NCBI RefSeq assembly: GCF_009914755.1
Contig: NC_060930.1
Source of the DNA: the human T2T-CHM13v2.0 reference genome, Homo sapiens
Length of the DNA stretch: 64,000 nucleotides
Strand: one strand, 5' to 3'
The notes under the pieces are model-generated. The model did not search any database. It saw only the letters and a list, made by a program, of their open reading frames with translations, and was not told the origin of the DNA. Numbering within the stretch: the stretch's first letter is position 1; every line of letters begins with the position of its first letter. The translations under genes were made by a program, and so were the position numbers. Shown here one piece after another: positions 40,198 through 55,640 of the stretch.

Positions 40198-40463
40198 ATT
40201 TTGAGACAGGTGTTGCCCAGGCTGCAGTGTAGTGGTGCCATCATGGCTCGCTACAGCCTCAACCACCAGGTAGTTCCAGCTACCTCAGCCTCCTGGGTAG
40301 CTGGAACTAGAGGTGCACACCACCACACCTGGCTAATTTTTTGTAGAGATGGAATTTCACCATGTTGCCTAGGCTGGTCTCCAACTCCTGAGCCTAAGCT
40401 ATCCACCCACCTCGGCCTCCCAAAGTGCTGGATTACAGGCATGAGCCACGACCACACCTGACC
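40198..40463 (-). mobile_element. AluJ
   Basis: Diverged dimer, atcatggctcgctacagcctc. Confidence 0.92.
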
Positions 40464-40651
40464 AAAGACTCTGATGTATTGTTGTTCAAACTCAATTTAC
40501 TGAATGAGCACAGACTGCAAATATTCCAATAAATACCACTTCTCTAAATATATTTTCTTTATTCTTTCAAGCTGAATAATCAATGACCATACCCTGAAGC
40601 TCTTTGAAAGAATTATTTTTAATAAACTTTGTCAAAAGGATTATATGTTAA

Positions 40652-40942
<291 letters not shown>

Positions 40943-42292
40943 TATATGCTAAGATAATTTTAAAGTATAAAATCTTTAGTTCTGTGTATATGTTAGTTTT
41001 GCTCACTGACTGAAACAAGCTGTTAAATAGTAACAAATGACACGACTGACCACAGGTGCTTTCAGTGCACCTACTGTATCTACCATCTGACATCTTATGA
41101 GTACTGGGACAAGATTTAGGAATTATCAGAGGATTGACAGCTTCCCTCAGGAAGCTTCACAGTGTTTCTTGGAGGTTTTCTGTTTCAATTTGGGTGTACT
41201 TGAGGATTTGAAAATTCATTTTCCACATCTTAATAAAACTGTGCTATAAAGTGCTGACCCAGAGGTGGTGGGGGAACCCCCAATTCCCCACTGTGACCTT
41301 CAAACCAATCAGTCTAGGACAGAACAAGGACCTACGTGGGGCTGGTGAAAAAGATAAGGGACCCAACAGAGAAACCAAAGGACCCCTTTAAGGGACATTT
41401 CCCAAACTGTCCCTGAAACACAAAAAAGGGCTAAGGGTTTGGTTTCAAAGGACTTCCTGGCTGTGACTCAGACTGCTAAAAAGTCAAAATAAAAGGAGAG
41501 AAAGCCAAGACCTCATTCAAGCAAGTCACTAATGACAGGAGTCACTGTCAATAAACTCAAAAGCAAGATCTTGCCACAGATAAGCTACAATACAGCTAAT
41601 TCACTCAGAAAAAAACAGAGCTGGTTCTCTATGCATGTTTTATACCACAATATATTCACCAAGAAAAATAATATTCTGCCAAGGAACATCTTAATGACAC
41701 AGGAAATTGTCTATGCTTGATAAGGTCACTGCATTCATAGACAAAAATCTCTTGAGACTAAACTGGCCCCAGAGCCACACCAAGATATACATTCCAATGC
41801 CTATTTTAAAAATAAAGGAAGTCCATTTTCCAAGGAGCAGAAAGAATACCTGTGGGTGCCTAGGTTCTAATCATGCTTCTGCCCCAAGCTACATGACCTG
41901 GGAATTGTGAGTAAGCCACAGCGTAGGGAGGCCAGTTTTTGCAATGGTGACAAGGAACTGACTAGACAAGTTTGGTGGTTCTCAAAATCTCCTCCCATGG
42001 AACACCAGGGTTCCACTAATTAAGACTGTGGCTTTCTGTGGCTAAAATCAAATAATAGACATCTGTTTCCAAAGTTCTTTCCCATAATTTTTTCCTTATA
42101 CCTCTGGGGCTTGAAAGTACTTGTCTGCTAAAAGGAAGCAGAAAAAAGGAGTAGACCTTATTGTTTTTTCTAGTCTCATGTATTCAGGGTTAGAATTTTA
42201 AACTTCATACTTAAAACAGTCTTACTTATTGCTAGCAAAATTATTCCTGGTTCAAATAATAGAATAAAAATATCAGGTTTTCATAACATTCC

Positions 42293-42294
<2 letters not shown>

Positions 42295-42338
<44 letters not shown>
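42295..42338. repeat. (CA)22 microsatellite
   Basis: Direct reading. Confidence 0.98.
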
Positions 42339-42341
<3 letters not shown>

Positions 42342-42994
42342 CTTTCCTGGTGCTTCCCTACATTACCAGATTTGAGTGAGACCCATGAGATAAGTAACGT
42401 CTAAGAAGTGGCCCTGGGTTGAGAGGAGACAGCAGCAGTGATGCATACTTCCCACCCACACTGCTTCCACAGGAAACCGAGTTCCCTCCTGCTCTCCAAG
42501 CTCTGGGGCCACTGCAATTTCAGTTCATTCCTGCCATCCTTTGTTCCTTGTGGCCATCCCTCTCACTCACTCTATCGGCTCTGGGACTACATCAAAAAAT
42601 AAAAAATTAGAGGAGCAACAGCCCACTGATCTAGACAGCTCTCTCATTTTCTCATTGATCCTTGCACACTGTAGTGTAGCTGATGTAAACTGTCGTAAGG
42701 AAAGTCTGGACAAGTTCTTGATATATTCAATCACGACCGATGACATGTGCCTAGGAGGCTACTTTTATAATGCTGAATAATAGGCCCAGGTGACAATAAT
42801 AAACTGTCCTAACAGTGAACAGGGACTATAAAAATTGCCTACAAGCAAGGGAAGTGTCAGAAATCCTGTCATCTGCCTTGATTCTCAGGTGGAAAGAGAA
42901 TCACCAAGGAAAAGTCAGATTTCCAAGCCCACTCACATCATGTGGGATTCTTGAGCAGGTCCACAGGGTCCAGGAGAGGCAAACACTAAATAGC

Positions 42995-43047
42995 TGTGTT
43001 AGTCAGGGTTCTCCAGGAAAACTGGACCAACAACATGTGTGTGTCTA

Positions 43048-43080
<33 letters not shown>

Positions 43081-43362
43081 TTTACTACAACAAACTGGCT
43101 CGTGTGATTATAGAGGCTGAGAAGTCCCAAGATCTGCAGTCAATAAGCTGTAGACCCAGGAGAGCCAATGGTGTAAGTTCCAGCATGAAAGCTGACAGGT
43201 TCAAGAACCAAAAGGAGATAACATTTTAATTTGAGTCCAAAGGGAGGAAAAGACCATGTCCCAGCTCAAGACAGTCAGGCAGGAAGAGTTCTTACTTGTT
43301 AAGAGGGTCAACCTTTGTTCTATTCAGGACTTCAAATACCTGGTGATACCTACCCACATTAG
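42995..43362 (-). mobile_element. MLT2B LTR (3' LTR of HERV-L, 5'-truncated)
   Basis: tgtgttagtcagggttctccag...(TG)n(AG)n...gaagtcccaagatctgcagtc. Confidence 0.9.
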
Positions 43363-44817
43363 ACACACAGGATGAACTAGCCAACACCACAGGCTGAGCG
43401 CTGCCACTTGGCCCCTGGGATCCAATTGCTCCTGCTGCATTAGGTTTCCCAATTCAGTGACTACAGCTCCCACTGTAAGGCCTAACAGACGAAAGCAACC
43501 ACAGAGCTCTTCCAGGATGCTGGGGCTCCCGTCACAAATGCATTTCTCACCATTGTGAAAGCCATGTCTTCTGGACCCTCCCGTGGTGGGCAAGTAGGTC
43601 TTTAACGACAAATCTACTCTAACATTTCATTCTTCCTAATAAGCCTTTGAATCCTTTTCTCTACATTAAAATGAGCCAAGTCTAGCATTTCTAATTCAAT
43701 CACCGTAGGCCACCTTTTGGTCCATGGTTCAGCCAACCCAACGTACTATTAGAGCACTTTCTGACTCACTAAACTGCAACATTAAATGCAGAATCTTTGC
43801 TTAGTGAGTATATGTCAACAAATTCAGCCCGATACAACTTCACGTTTCTTCCACCATTATTCCACAGTCTTAATATACATGCCCACATTTGTTCCCCAGG
43901 TTTCTGTCTGTATAGGTTAGAAAACTCAAGTAGTTATTTTGGAGTGTAGTGTACCTTCTCAGGGGTCATGTCTTGAACCTTCACCTTTAGGAGCCTGCTG
44001 GAGTTACTGGTCTAAAAACAGAGCCGTGGTAAAGGTGGGTCCTGAGTAGACTCAGCATTATCTTACAAAGCAACTGCCTCAAGGAAGCCACTACAGTTTC
44101 CTTAGACAATGCAGGGTTAATGCCCTCAAACAGGGGTGGAGAGGCTACTCCCATTGGGGGTGGAGAGGCCACATCCACTGGCAAAGAGGACTCATCAGAA
44201 TTTAGGGTTCGATATCCCCAGCTTCATCAGGATCTTCCCACACATCCCCATCCCAACTTTCGGCACCCCCTTCCTTCCCAATCAATGCCTTTAACAGTAT
44301 TCACCCTATGAGACTGGGAGTTCAATTTGCATCATAATACAGCCAGTCACAGGATAAGATTCTGGGTTTTTTAGCCATTTCAGCCCTGCAACTAATACAA
44401 CTTAAGGTTCTCCTTCAGGGCACACATACAAGCCTTCAGGGCATTTATGTGGTGTTTGAGCTGGAAAATAAAATGCTTGAGCTCATCCTTTTCTTTCCCC
44501 ACTTTGTCCAGTGACAACCAGCCAATCTCACCGTATTTGTTAGTTTACCAAAAATGTTCAAAAATATCATATACACAGTACCCAGATCCTTGATTGCTTT
44601 AAGTGGTTGGTTAGGAGTATCCAATGGTGATATCTTGTATATCTCTATTGCCAGATCATGCCATGGCCTATCAGTGCTCTCCTTACTACTGGAAAGAGTT
44701 ATCAGCATATTTTAGTCTTATCAGATTAGAGAGCCACTTCTAGAAACCCCAGAATCACATTCAGAAAACCCATCCTGGAAACTCTGCTCCTCTAGAACCA
44801 CTCCCAGTACCAAAATC
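43363..44817 (-). pseudogene. HERV-L internal leader and degraded gag
   Basis: Peptides SKESTDRPWHDLAIEIYKISPLDTPNQPL, PPLFEGINPALSKETVVAS and LTVGAVVTELGNL...RGQVAAL are typical of ERV-L gag; gattttggtac junction after the LTR. Confidence 0.88.
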
Positions 44818-45264
44818 TGTACTAGTCAGGATTCTCCAGAAATAGGACCAATAAAGTGTGTGGAGAGACATAGAAACAGTATGAGAGAGAAACTGGCAAT
44901 CCCAAGATCTGCAGTCCACACGCTGAAGAGCCAGGAGAGCCTTGGTATAGTTCCTGTCTGAAAGCCAGCAGCTTTGAGACCTGAGAACAGCTGGTATTTC
45001 ACTTTGAGTCCAAAGGGAGGAGAAGACCCATGTCCCAGCTCATGGATATCAGGCAGGAGAAATTCCCTCTTACTCATGGGAGAGTCAGCCTTTTTGTTCC
45101 ATTCAGCCTTTCAACTCATTGGATGGGGCCCACCCACATTAGGGAGGGCCATCTGTTATACTCAAGTTTACCAACACAAATGTTAGCCTCATCCAAAAAC
45201 ACCCTCACAGATACACCCAGAATGTCTGACCAAATGTCAGTTGGCACACAAAATAACCATCACA
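44818..45264 (-). mobile_element. MLT2B LTR (5' LTR of HERV-L)
   Basis: tgtactagtcaggattctccaga...caaaaacaccctcacaga...taaccatcaca. Confidence 0.9.
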
Positions 45265-45299
45265 TAGCATAGTATGTTTATCTCATAATCTGCATCCTG

Positions 45300-45900
45300 T
45301 GGAAGACAACTCATGTTAAAAGCTAAATAAAATAATGTCAGCTCATATAGCATATATTAGACAACAGAATATTCTCCACAGGACTTTAAAATATATAGAG
45401 TTGAGACATAAAGGAAGGAATCAAATTCATAATGCAACAAGAGAACACTTTGAAATAAAAATGGGCAGTTCTGAAAAAGAAACACAGACATTCCACGTAG
45501 GAAAATACATAGTTATTAAAATGAACTCAAGGATGGGTTGAACAGTAGACTTGACAAAGGTAAAAAAATAAAGATAAAAAAAAGAATCAAGGCAAATATT
45601 AGAAGAAATCATCTGAAGTTACTCAGAGATAAAAAGCCAGTAAATATGAAAGACAAGTATGGAAACAGACTAAATGGATGACAGACTGGGCGACCCAACA
45701 AGCAAAGCATTCAACAGGAAAAACAAAAAAGAAGCAAGAAAACAGAGAACGTGAGCATTCACGTTAACACTCGCAGAACACTAGCCAGAACTGAAGACGG
45801 TCCCCATGCAGAAAAAACATATGGAGTATCAGGCAGAACAAATTTGGGAAAATTCACTCCTATACTGAATATCTTCAGTTTATCTTACTGAAACTCCATA
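45300..45900 (+). mobile_element. Old L1M/HAL1 ORF1-region relic
   Basis: aactcaaggatgggttgaacagtagacttgac, A-rich. Confidence 0.6.
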
Positions 45901-45979
45901 AAGTAACTGACACAAATTCTGAGGGAAAGAAAAGCCCAACTGTTCCCAAAGATTCCCAGTAAAAATAACAACATAATAA

Positions 45980-46190
45980 ATGGCTGTCAGTTTCTGTGCT
46001 GTTACTCTTTGCCAGTCCCTATACTAAGAAAATATTACAATTATCTCTTGTAGTTTTAGGCTTCAAAACAGCATGTAAGAATATTTTCATTGTACAGATG
46101 AAGAAACAAGCTCAGAGTTCAAGTAAATTACACAAGGACATCTGAAATTCAAATTCGGATCTGACTCTGAACCCTAGAACCTTATTCATA
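45980..46190 (-). mobile_element. MIR
   Basis: cattgtacagatgaagaaacaagctcagag...attcaaattcggatctgactc. Confidence 0.7.
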
Positions 46191-46489
46191 CTACTCCTCA
46201 CAATCACCCACAAATAGCTGCTCTTAGATTCTTCATCTGGAATGGCAGAGTAAGAAGATTTATGTGAAGAAAGATTTTAAAATAATGTTCCCAGGTCACA
46301 GAGTTAATAAGTATCAAGTCAGGCGCTATCTTACTCCAAAAGCATGCTCCTTCTGCTGTGATAAATCACTCATCAGCAGGCCTCAGTTTCTTCACCTGCA
46401 AAAAATGTGGCCAATGCTAATTGTTCTCCCAGTTCCTCCAAGAGTCTGACACCTTGCCAGCCTGTCACACCTAGTGAGCAAAACCCCAA

Positions 46490-47590
46490 CTCTGCCATCC
46501 CACTCCTTCCTCATCAGCCAAGATCTTGTTTACATTCTCTGTTCCTAATCCCAGGCAGCTGAAATAGGCCAAGGAAAATCCCAGGGAAGACCGTTGCCTC
46601 TACAAATAGATGATTCAACTGCAATTGCATAGTCAGAACTGCCCAGCAAACCTATGACACCTTCAAGGCCACTGTTTCTCCCAAGCAATTTTAAACTGTG
46701 ACTGAATCATTACACTTTCCCATTTCAGTAAATTCACCAATGACTTCCTAGATACCTAATTCAGTGGACATTTTTTCAGACCTTGTCTTCCTTAAACTTT
46801 TCGTAGCATTTCACTTGGTTAACCAGGAAGATATGGGTGCTAATACTCACCCAGTCACTTAAGGCAAAATGGGAAAGTCATCCTAGATGTCTCCTCTATA
46901 CCCACCAATTAGTCAATACATTCTATCTATTCTGTCTTCTTGATACTTACCACACCCATTTTCTTTGTTTTATCTATACTGCCTCATCTAGCTCCTCATC
47001 ATCCCTAATCTCAACTAGTATACTAGTTTCCTTACTGGTCATCACACCTGCAGTTTCATTTCCCTCTCCAATTCATTGTCTACCAGAACATCATCTACCA
47101 GAATGATCTAAAAGCTAGCAGAATGATCTTTCAAAATTCAAATCTCATCAGAGTCAAAACCTCTTCAACTTTACAGGTCCCCCATAAACCTTAATTCTAC
47201 CAGAAGACATACGATGCCCTTATGATTCCACCTAATCTCTTGCCATGCATCTTCCCCCACCCTCACACGTAATATGCCCTTTCCTGTCTTTACATGCAGC
47301 TTCTTCCTAAAATGCCTGCCCCCAGCTAGCCTGCCTGAAAAAAACCCAGCCCAAGCCAATCCTCCTCTGATAATTCCTCTGGCTGCTCTTACCTCCTTGC
47401 TCCCATCACAAGTTACACAGACTTCCATTTCGGCAACATCCCACTCCACTAAATCGTATATATATACTGGTATTAATTCCATGGGAACAACATTCCTCTT
47501 GTACCTTCAATGCCTAGTGAAACAACCGGATTCACACAGCAGGCAGTCAATAAGTACTGCTTAAATAAGCGAACAAATGGCTGGATGACT
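46490..47590 (+). mobile_element. L2 fragment including 3' end
   Basis: tcaccaatgacttcctagat...gcatttcac (RT region); tgcctag...cagtcaataagtactg (3' end). Confidence 0.75.
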
Positions 47591-48957
47591 AAGGTGCCTT
47601 CATTGAAGCATTTATTATGTCCTACCAATTTTAAAAATTCCTTTAAAGTGAAAGTTAGCCAATACTGAGGCAGAAAGCAAGACAATACCATGGCTCTTCT
47701 TTGTGGGTGTCATTTCATGCCCCTACACTGAGGAGGTACAAACTTCTCTAAGGGTGCCCCTTCCATCTTTATTGTTTCTACATTTGCCTGCTCTTTCCCT
47801 TCCTTCCTCAGAAGGAAAGATGTGTTAGCAACAGTCATGCTCCAATTCTTTCCATTTCCCTCCTTAGCTCTCTGAGGGTCTGCAAACTGCAGGGAAGGGT
47901 GAGCGTGAAGCTTGTTCTTTACCAACAACAGCATCCAAAACCAAAACTACCTTGATACCGGACAGCTTCATGCGCACCACTTTAAGGCCTGAGATCCATG
48001 AGTAGAAGAAACAAGGAGCAAAGCAAAAGGTCACTTCCCTACAAACAAAATGTGGGCCTCAGAATGTGAGGCAAGAAAATCTTACATGATATGAATGTCA
48101 GATGGCAGCCTTTAGCCTACATCACCACAAATCAATATTAAATAACTAAGACAGTGTATTTATACATTGAGAGAGGATACACTGTAGAAAAGACCCTAAC
48201 TATGCTTCCATTTCATAAACCACAAATTTAGATTTCTACTATGCTTTTTCTTTTCTTTGCTGTACTTTCTGAAGTTAAATGAATCAGTTAAATTCTTCAA
48301 ATACCAGTCAGAACACATCAACTGCTTCTTTTAAAAGAAACTCTTAAAATGGGGCAAAGTAGATGCCAAATAAGGACTCTGTTTCTAAACATAAATTTAA
48401 TACAAGTATTGTAAGCAAGGTCAAAATTATTAAAAGGAACTCCACTTCTGAATATTTAGAATAAAAAAGTCTGCTCTCAATTTTGATGTATTTCTAAGTC
48501 CTTACAGCCAACAAAGAACAAAAAACTCCACTGGTATTTAAAATTCTATCTGGATATATTACACTGACAAGATATGATTATATAACCAAGACCGTATCAT
48601 GTAAATACTGAAAGTTTAAAGTCATAGGTAGAAAGAACACTTGAATAAAGATACTAGGATTCAGAGAGAATTTGTAGACTTTATTTTAGACTCCACAGTC
48701 ATCTTTCCAGAGGGAAAAAAAACTAAAATTCTCCCACATTCTTAGTATCTAGGATAACCTTAAACATCAGAAGGTGTTAAATTCACCCAACATGAGTCAG
48801 GGACAAATTAAGAACTGGAAGGCACTTTGAAAAACCTAATAATGAAACAGAAGTTATTAATATCGTTATTACAAAAATACTTAAAAGTCCATTTGATATT
48901 AAAACCAGTTGAAAAATCTTCATAAGAAAGAGTTCCTTCAACAACACTACATATAAC

Positions 48958-49274
<317 letters not shown>

Positions 49275-49512
49275 GGCAATATAATTTTAAGTTTTCTGGG
49301 AAAACAGAGGCCATCAGAAGAATAACTTATTTTTCCCTTTGATTTCATAAAATATTTGCCAGGATCTGAGACTTTTAACTTACACAACTCCTACAGCAGA
49401 ACACCATCCTCAAATACTGATTCAAAACACAGATCCAGAGAGAACTCAGTTACGTGTTCAGCTGGCAAGCCCTGACTATCAATTACTGCTTTAAGGGTGC
49501 TGGGCTGATTCA

Positions 49513-49887
<375 letters not shown>

Positions 49888-49971
49888 TTAAGAGAATGTT
49901 ATTACTTACAGATTGGTTTAAATCCATTATCCTTGTTACCATATGTTCTAAACTAAATAGAAGCACAATTA

Positions 49972-50276
49972 GGCCAGGTGTACTAGCTCATACCTATAAT
50001 CTAAACATTTTGGAAGGCCAAGACAGGAGGATATCTTGAGGCCAGGAGTTCGAGACCAGCCTGAGCAACACAGCAAGACCCTACCTCTACAGAAAAAAAT
50101 AAAAATTAGATGGGCATAGTGGTGCACACCTATAGTCCTAGCTACTCAGGAGGCTGACGTGGGAGGATCACTTGAGCCCAGGAGTTCAAGGTTGCAGTGG
50201 GCTATGACTGCACCACTGCATTCCAGCCTGGGTGACAGAGTGTGACCCTGCCTTAAAAAAAAATAAAAAAAAAAAA
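49972..50276 (+). mobile_element. AluJ
   Basis: ggaggatcacttgagcccaggagttcaagg. Confidence 0.95.
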
Positions 50277-50341
50277 GGCATAATTACATTACAGACTAAC
50301 CCATTTGGTTACCTTTTTTAGAAGTTAAAACTCTAAAAACA

Positions 50342-50642
<301 letters not shown>

Positions 50643-50949
50643 CTAAAAACAAGTATGTATCAGACTGAAAAAAATTACTACCTTTAAATATCTGTCAATC
50701 CAAATCATAGTACCAAAAATTGCAAATACACATTGGTAAATGAATTCAGGAACTCATGAACTTGAATTCAGGAGTCTGTGCTTCTTAATCTTAAGAGTAA
50801 AGCTTATGGCATTGTCACACAACTTTCAGTGGTCTGAGGAGCTTAATAAAATGGAGTGATGAGTCTGTACACATATTCAAAAGATTAAAAGAATAACAAC
50901 AAAAAAGGAAGACAGGACAGAGACAGAATGTAAGTAATTTGTTTAACAT

Positions 50950-51048
50950 TTTCTTGGCCCATTCGGTCTGCTATAACAAAATACCATAAACTAGGTGCCT
51001 AGTTCTCTTCTTTCTCACAGATTTGGAGCCTAGGAAGTCCAAGATCAA
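50950..51048 (-). mobile_element. MLT1A/MST LTR 3'-end fragment
   Basis: ctgctataacaaaataccataaactagg...ggaagtccaagatcaa. Confidence 0.75.
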
Positions 51049-51049
51049 C

Positions 51050-52870
51050 TACCCGAACAGACAAGCAAATGGCAAAAATAAATAAATAAATGGCAGATGT
51101 GTTGATGATTAGATGCAATTAACTGAGTGGAGAAAAATTAAAATCCAGAAAACAAACACAGAATAAAGTCTGTCTAATTTACCTATGTATCTCTAGGAAG
51201 CAGTCAGTAAATATATTAGGATTTAATAAAGAGAAAATAAAACTAACAAAATTGTGCTTGCTGCAGGTGGGTGGATAGCACAGGGAACAAAAAATGAGAT
51301 CATCATCCTAAGGACTCAGAAATACATAGTGTGAAACTATTTACCACAGAAGCCAGAAGAAAGCATCAGGAAAGTCTTCAATATCCACATTAAAATGCAC
51401 AAAGACTTCCATGAAAAAGGTGCAAAGAGCCACAATGAAAGAAAGAAGTTAAGGTAAAAAGATAATAGGATAATGTAAGGAGATGAACAAAATAAGGAAG
51501 GAAACTAAAATGTCAACAGAACTTAAATGCATACAGAGAGCAGTGAGGGGCTAAACTGACGCAATAAATGGCAGAGAAACAACTCACGTGGCCGGCTAAT
51601 CTGAGAGGCTTTCCCAGACTGTAGAATTAAAAAAAGATACCTTCCAAACACTACGGAAGACATCAAAGACAGCATGTGTAACAAAAAGCAGACCTCCCAA
51701 CCCCCACGAAAAGCAAGAATACATTTAAAACAAAAAATAAGAAGGCACAAGTAGAACTGAACTTATCTTTTATGATGATCATCATAAATGAATTGACCTC
51801 CCCAATATTAAAGACAAAGTCTCTCAGATTGAGGAGAAAAAATGAGATACTACCTCTCAAAACAACCAGATATGTTGTATCTCAAGAAGATAAAAATAAA
51901 AGGAGAGAGTGACAATATGAACACAAGACAAAATAGAATTCAAGGCAAAAGTATTAAGTGGAACAATAATTAAGACACAAAAAGCATGAATTTCTGTTTG
52001 AACTACCATTACACTGAAAGATTAAAAAGAATTGATATGGCCGGGCGCAGTGGCTCACGCCTGCAATCCCAGCACTTTGGGAGGCCGAGGCAGGTGGATC
52101 ACGAGGTCAGGAGTTCAAAACCAGCCTTGCCAAGATAGTGAAACCCCATCTCTACTAAAAATACCAAAAAATTAGCCAGGCATGGTGGTGGGCACCTATA
52201 ATCCCAGCTACTCGGGAGACTGAGGCAGAGAATTGCTTGAACCCGGGAGGCGGAGGTTGCAGTGAGCCGAGATCGCGCCACTGCACTCCAGCCTGGGCGA
52301 CACAGTGAGGCTCCATCTCCAAAAAAAAAACAGAATTGATATGACAAAATGCAAAAAGTATTAGAATTGCATGGAAAACTGGTGCCCCAAAACCTACTCA
52401 CATTAGAAGAGCACACACCTCAGTCTGACCTACTGTGTAGGAAAAACTTAACAAAGCATGGAGGACTGGAATTATACAATTGATAACATTAGTGGATATC
52501 AGGCTTTGTACTGACATTTTAAAAATATATCTTCCTTCTACAGCATTCATGAAACATTTGTAAAAACTAATATTAACATATTAGGCCACAAAGAAAATTT
52601 GAAAATTTCAAAAAGTTCCAAACAAACATAAACTGTACACAATGCCGTGTTCTCAGTTTCCAAAGAAATAAAATTACTAATTTTAAAATGACACAAATAT
52701 TAGAAATTTTTAAATACTAGTCTAATTAATGGATTAAAAAAGAAATCTGCACTTCTAGGTTATTTTAAAAACAACATACTACTGCTTATCAACACTTAGG
52801 AAATATAATCAGATACAGTCTGAAGAAAATTGAGTCTTAAGCCTTTCATTATTAAAAATAGAAAAATCTT
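51050..52870 (+). mobile_element. Old L1M relic (ORF1 to ORF2 endonuclease region)
   Basis: ataaatgaattgacctccccaatattaaagacaaag (NGLNSPIKRQ-like), aaatagaattcaaggcaaaa, ttaggccacaaag. Confidence 0.75.
52039..52330 (+). mobile_element. AluSg
   Basis: ggatcacgaggtcaggagttc; TSD agaattgatat(g). Confidence 0.95.
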
Positions 52871-53479
52871 CCTGCCTACTTGCTGATACCTAGTTTATCC
52901 AAAAAGAGCAGGAGGGTAGAAATGTTTTCATCTACAGTAAGAAATTAAAGGAGTTAAAGTACAAATCCATAGTTTAAGACAACATACTTCAGAATGAACC
53001 AGTTTTAGGCCACCTGCACCCAGCCGATGATTTGATAACTTTAACTAATACCAGATGCTTCCATGTTTTTACAGGGCATGGAGGGAAGGAGGGCAGCAAG
53101 GCAGAGAAAGTCACGGATTTAGAAGGGTTCAAAAGTAGAGACTGGGGGCACAGAAGACAGTTTAATATGTATCCATTTTTCTTTGTATAATTAATTCTGA
53201 GTGGGCATAAATTGAAGTTATACAGAGAAGTAGTGAAAACAGGAAGTTCTATTCTACATCAATGATACAGGAAAAAATAATTCCCTGATTGCTTATAAAG
53301 GCTGTGGTTGCTTGTAGTTCTGATAATCAAGAGTCAAGGAAAATACCCAGGCTTCTGAATTACTGCAGTGGTAGCTTTTATAAGTGCAATAAGCCCATAT
53401 TCAGAGATTATAAAATAGATGGTTTCCACACCCACTGAGTCTTACGCTAGCATTTCATAAGATTGGTTTTAGGAATATC

Positions 53480-53810
53480 TACCATTCCTCAAGCATCTGA
53501 GTAACATTTCTTCTCATCCTAAGGAACAGAAAGGGCAGGTTAGCATCGCCAATTTACTTAGAAGCAAACTGAGGTCCAGAATGGGTCCAAAGGCCATATA
53601 ACTAGAAAGGTCCAAGTGAGGATTCCAACCCTCGATCCCAATACATTATAATTATTGAGTAAAACCATGAGACTGAGGACCAAGATATAGATGAATTACA
53701 GGCTACGAACAGTAACTAATCATGTGACCTTGGGCGGTCTCACTCATTCAATAAATATGTATTAAGCATCTTCTGTGTGCAAGGTTCTGTGCTTAGATGC
53801 TGGAGGCTCA
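53480..53810. mobile_element. MIR and L2 3'-end fragments
   Basis: gcaaactgaggtccaga; tgtgaccttgggc; cattcaataaatatgtattaagcatc. Confidence 0.6.
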
Positions 53811-54163
53811 GAGTTCCTGAATTTCAAAAAATATAATCAAATACACAATCTACTTCAAAAGGCTGAGGGGATGGATGATAAAATGCTTACAAAAGTACTT
53901 TTTAAAAAGGATAAGAGAATGTTTGAATACCATTCTTTCCTGCTAAGATATCTTCAGGTCTCGCATAGAAAAGTTTAGAACTCCATGCTTAAATTCACCC
54001 ATTTCATCTTTTTTAATGGGTGAATTTCATCTTTTTTAAACTATGCTTGCAGAGTATCTAAATCAAGGATAAAGACCATGCTAAATTTTTTAAAACTTTA
54101 TTTTTTCATCTTAAGTATTGTTGAGACAATCAAAGAATAGCCACAAACAGGAATAGAATTTAA

Positions 54164-54506
<343 letters not shown>

Positions 54507-55409
54507 TAGTTTCTAAAGGCTCAACCACAAATATGAAATATAGGAAACAGGATAAGACATGCACCTGGGAAGGTAGAAGCCTTCAGGACTTGGGGCCAGG
54601 TCTACAGCCACTGTGGGGCATCAGGGCTCTCTAGGCAGGCCACACAGACCACACCAGAGGAACTATCTCATCATCTGAAGGGGAAGGGGGGTGAGGGTAG
54701 CTATTTGAAACACAGTGCAAAGTAATAATTTTAAAGATCTCTTGAGAAGTCTTATGGTTGGATGATTTGGGGATCTATGAAATAATCACATTTTTGCTTC
54801 TTGAAAAAGGAGATGTTTTATTTATTAATGTAAGTTAACTTACAATATATTAACTCAAAAAGAGAACAGCACATGTTATGCAATATAACAACAGTAAATT
54901 GAAAAATTGAAGGTGGATAAAAATATTATTAACCTTTAAAAGTCTCAGCAATTTAAGCAGTCTAAAGAATAACAAAAATATGGTTCCTGTCACTGTTGAG
55001 CTCAAAGAGGAAATTCTTTTCCAAGAAGACATATGCCACCTCGGACTTGAGGTAGAAAAGTTACTATGTAAAAACTGTTAAGCAAAAGAGACATCAGACC
55101 CACTACTCTGCAGATATTCCTGAGGGAGTTGTGTCGACAGAAAAAAGAGAGCAGCATTACTATACCTCAGCTTGGGAAGAACCAAGAAGCAGAGGTTGTA
55201 TCATTTCACTCAATGAATTGCCCCTCTCCAATTTAACTTTCCAGTCATGCTCACACTGTCATTACCCAAGCCTCACAGAACAGAGCTCCTGAGAAATGAG
55301 CATGCTTTGGTTTTAATACACGTACAAAGGCAGATACACTGCCCCTCTCATGTTACCATAAATAAAATATCCAATAACAATTTCTATTAACAATAAGAGT
55401 AATTATTAT

Positions 55410-55640
55410 TTTTATAGCTAACATTTATATAGCCCTTAAAACATGTTGTAAGCACCTTATGCATGAACCCACGTAAGTTCATGAACCCACATAAACAGCC
55501 CTATCAGGCTTGTGGCACTATGATTAGCCCCATTTTATAAGGTAATACTATTTTCTCACCATTTTACACATGAGGAACCAGAGGCAATGGTAACGCTCCC
55601 AACAAACTGCCTGTGTACAAAACTGGATCACACAAAAGTG
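55410..55640 (-). mobile_element. MIR fragments
   Basis: tagctaacatttatatagc...ccattttacacatgaggaaccagaggc. Confidence 0.7.

Noticed and set aside
43324-44708. gag-like ORFs as a domesticated gene
   Set aside because: The pieces are short and separated by stops and frameshifts
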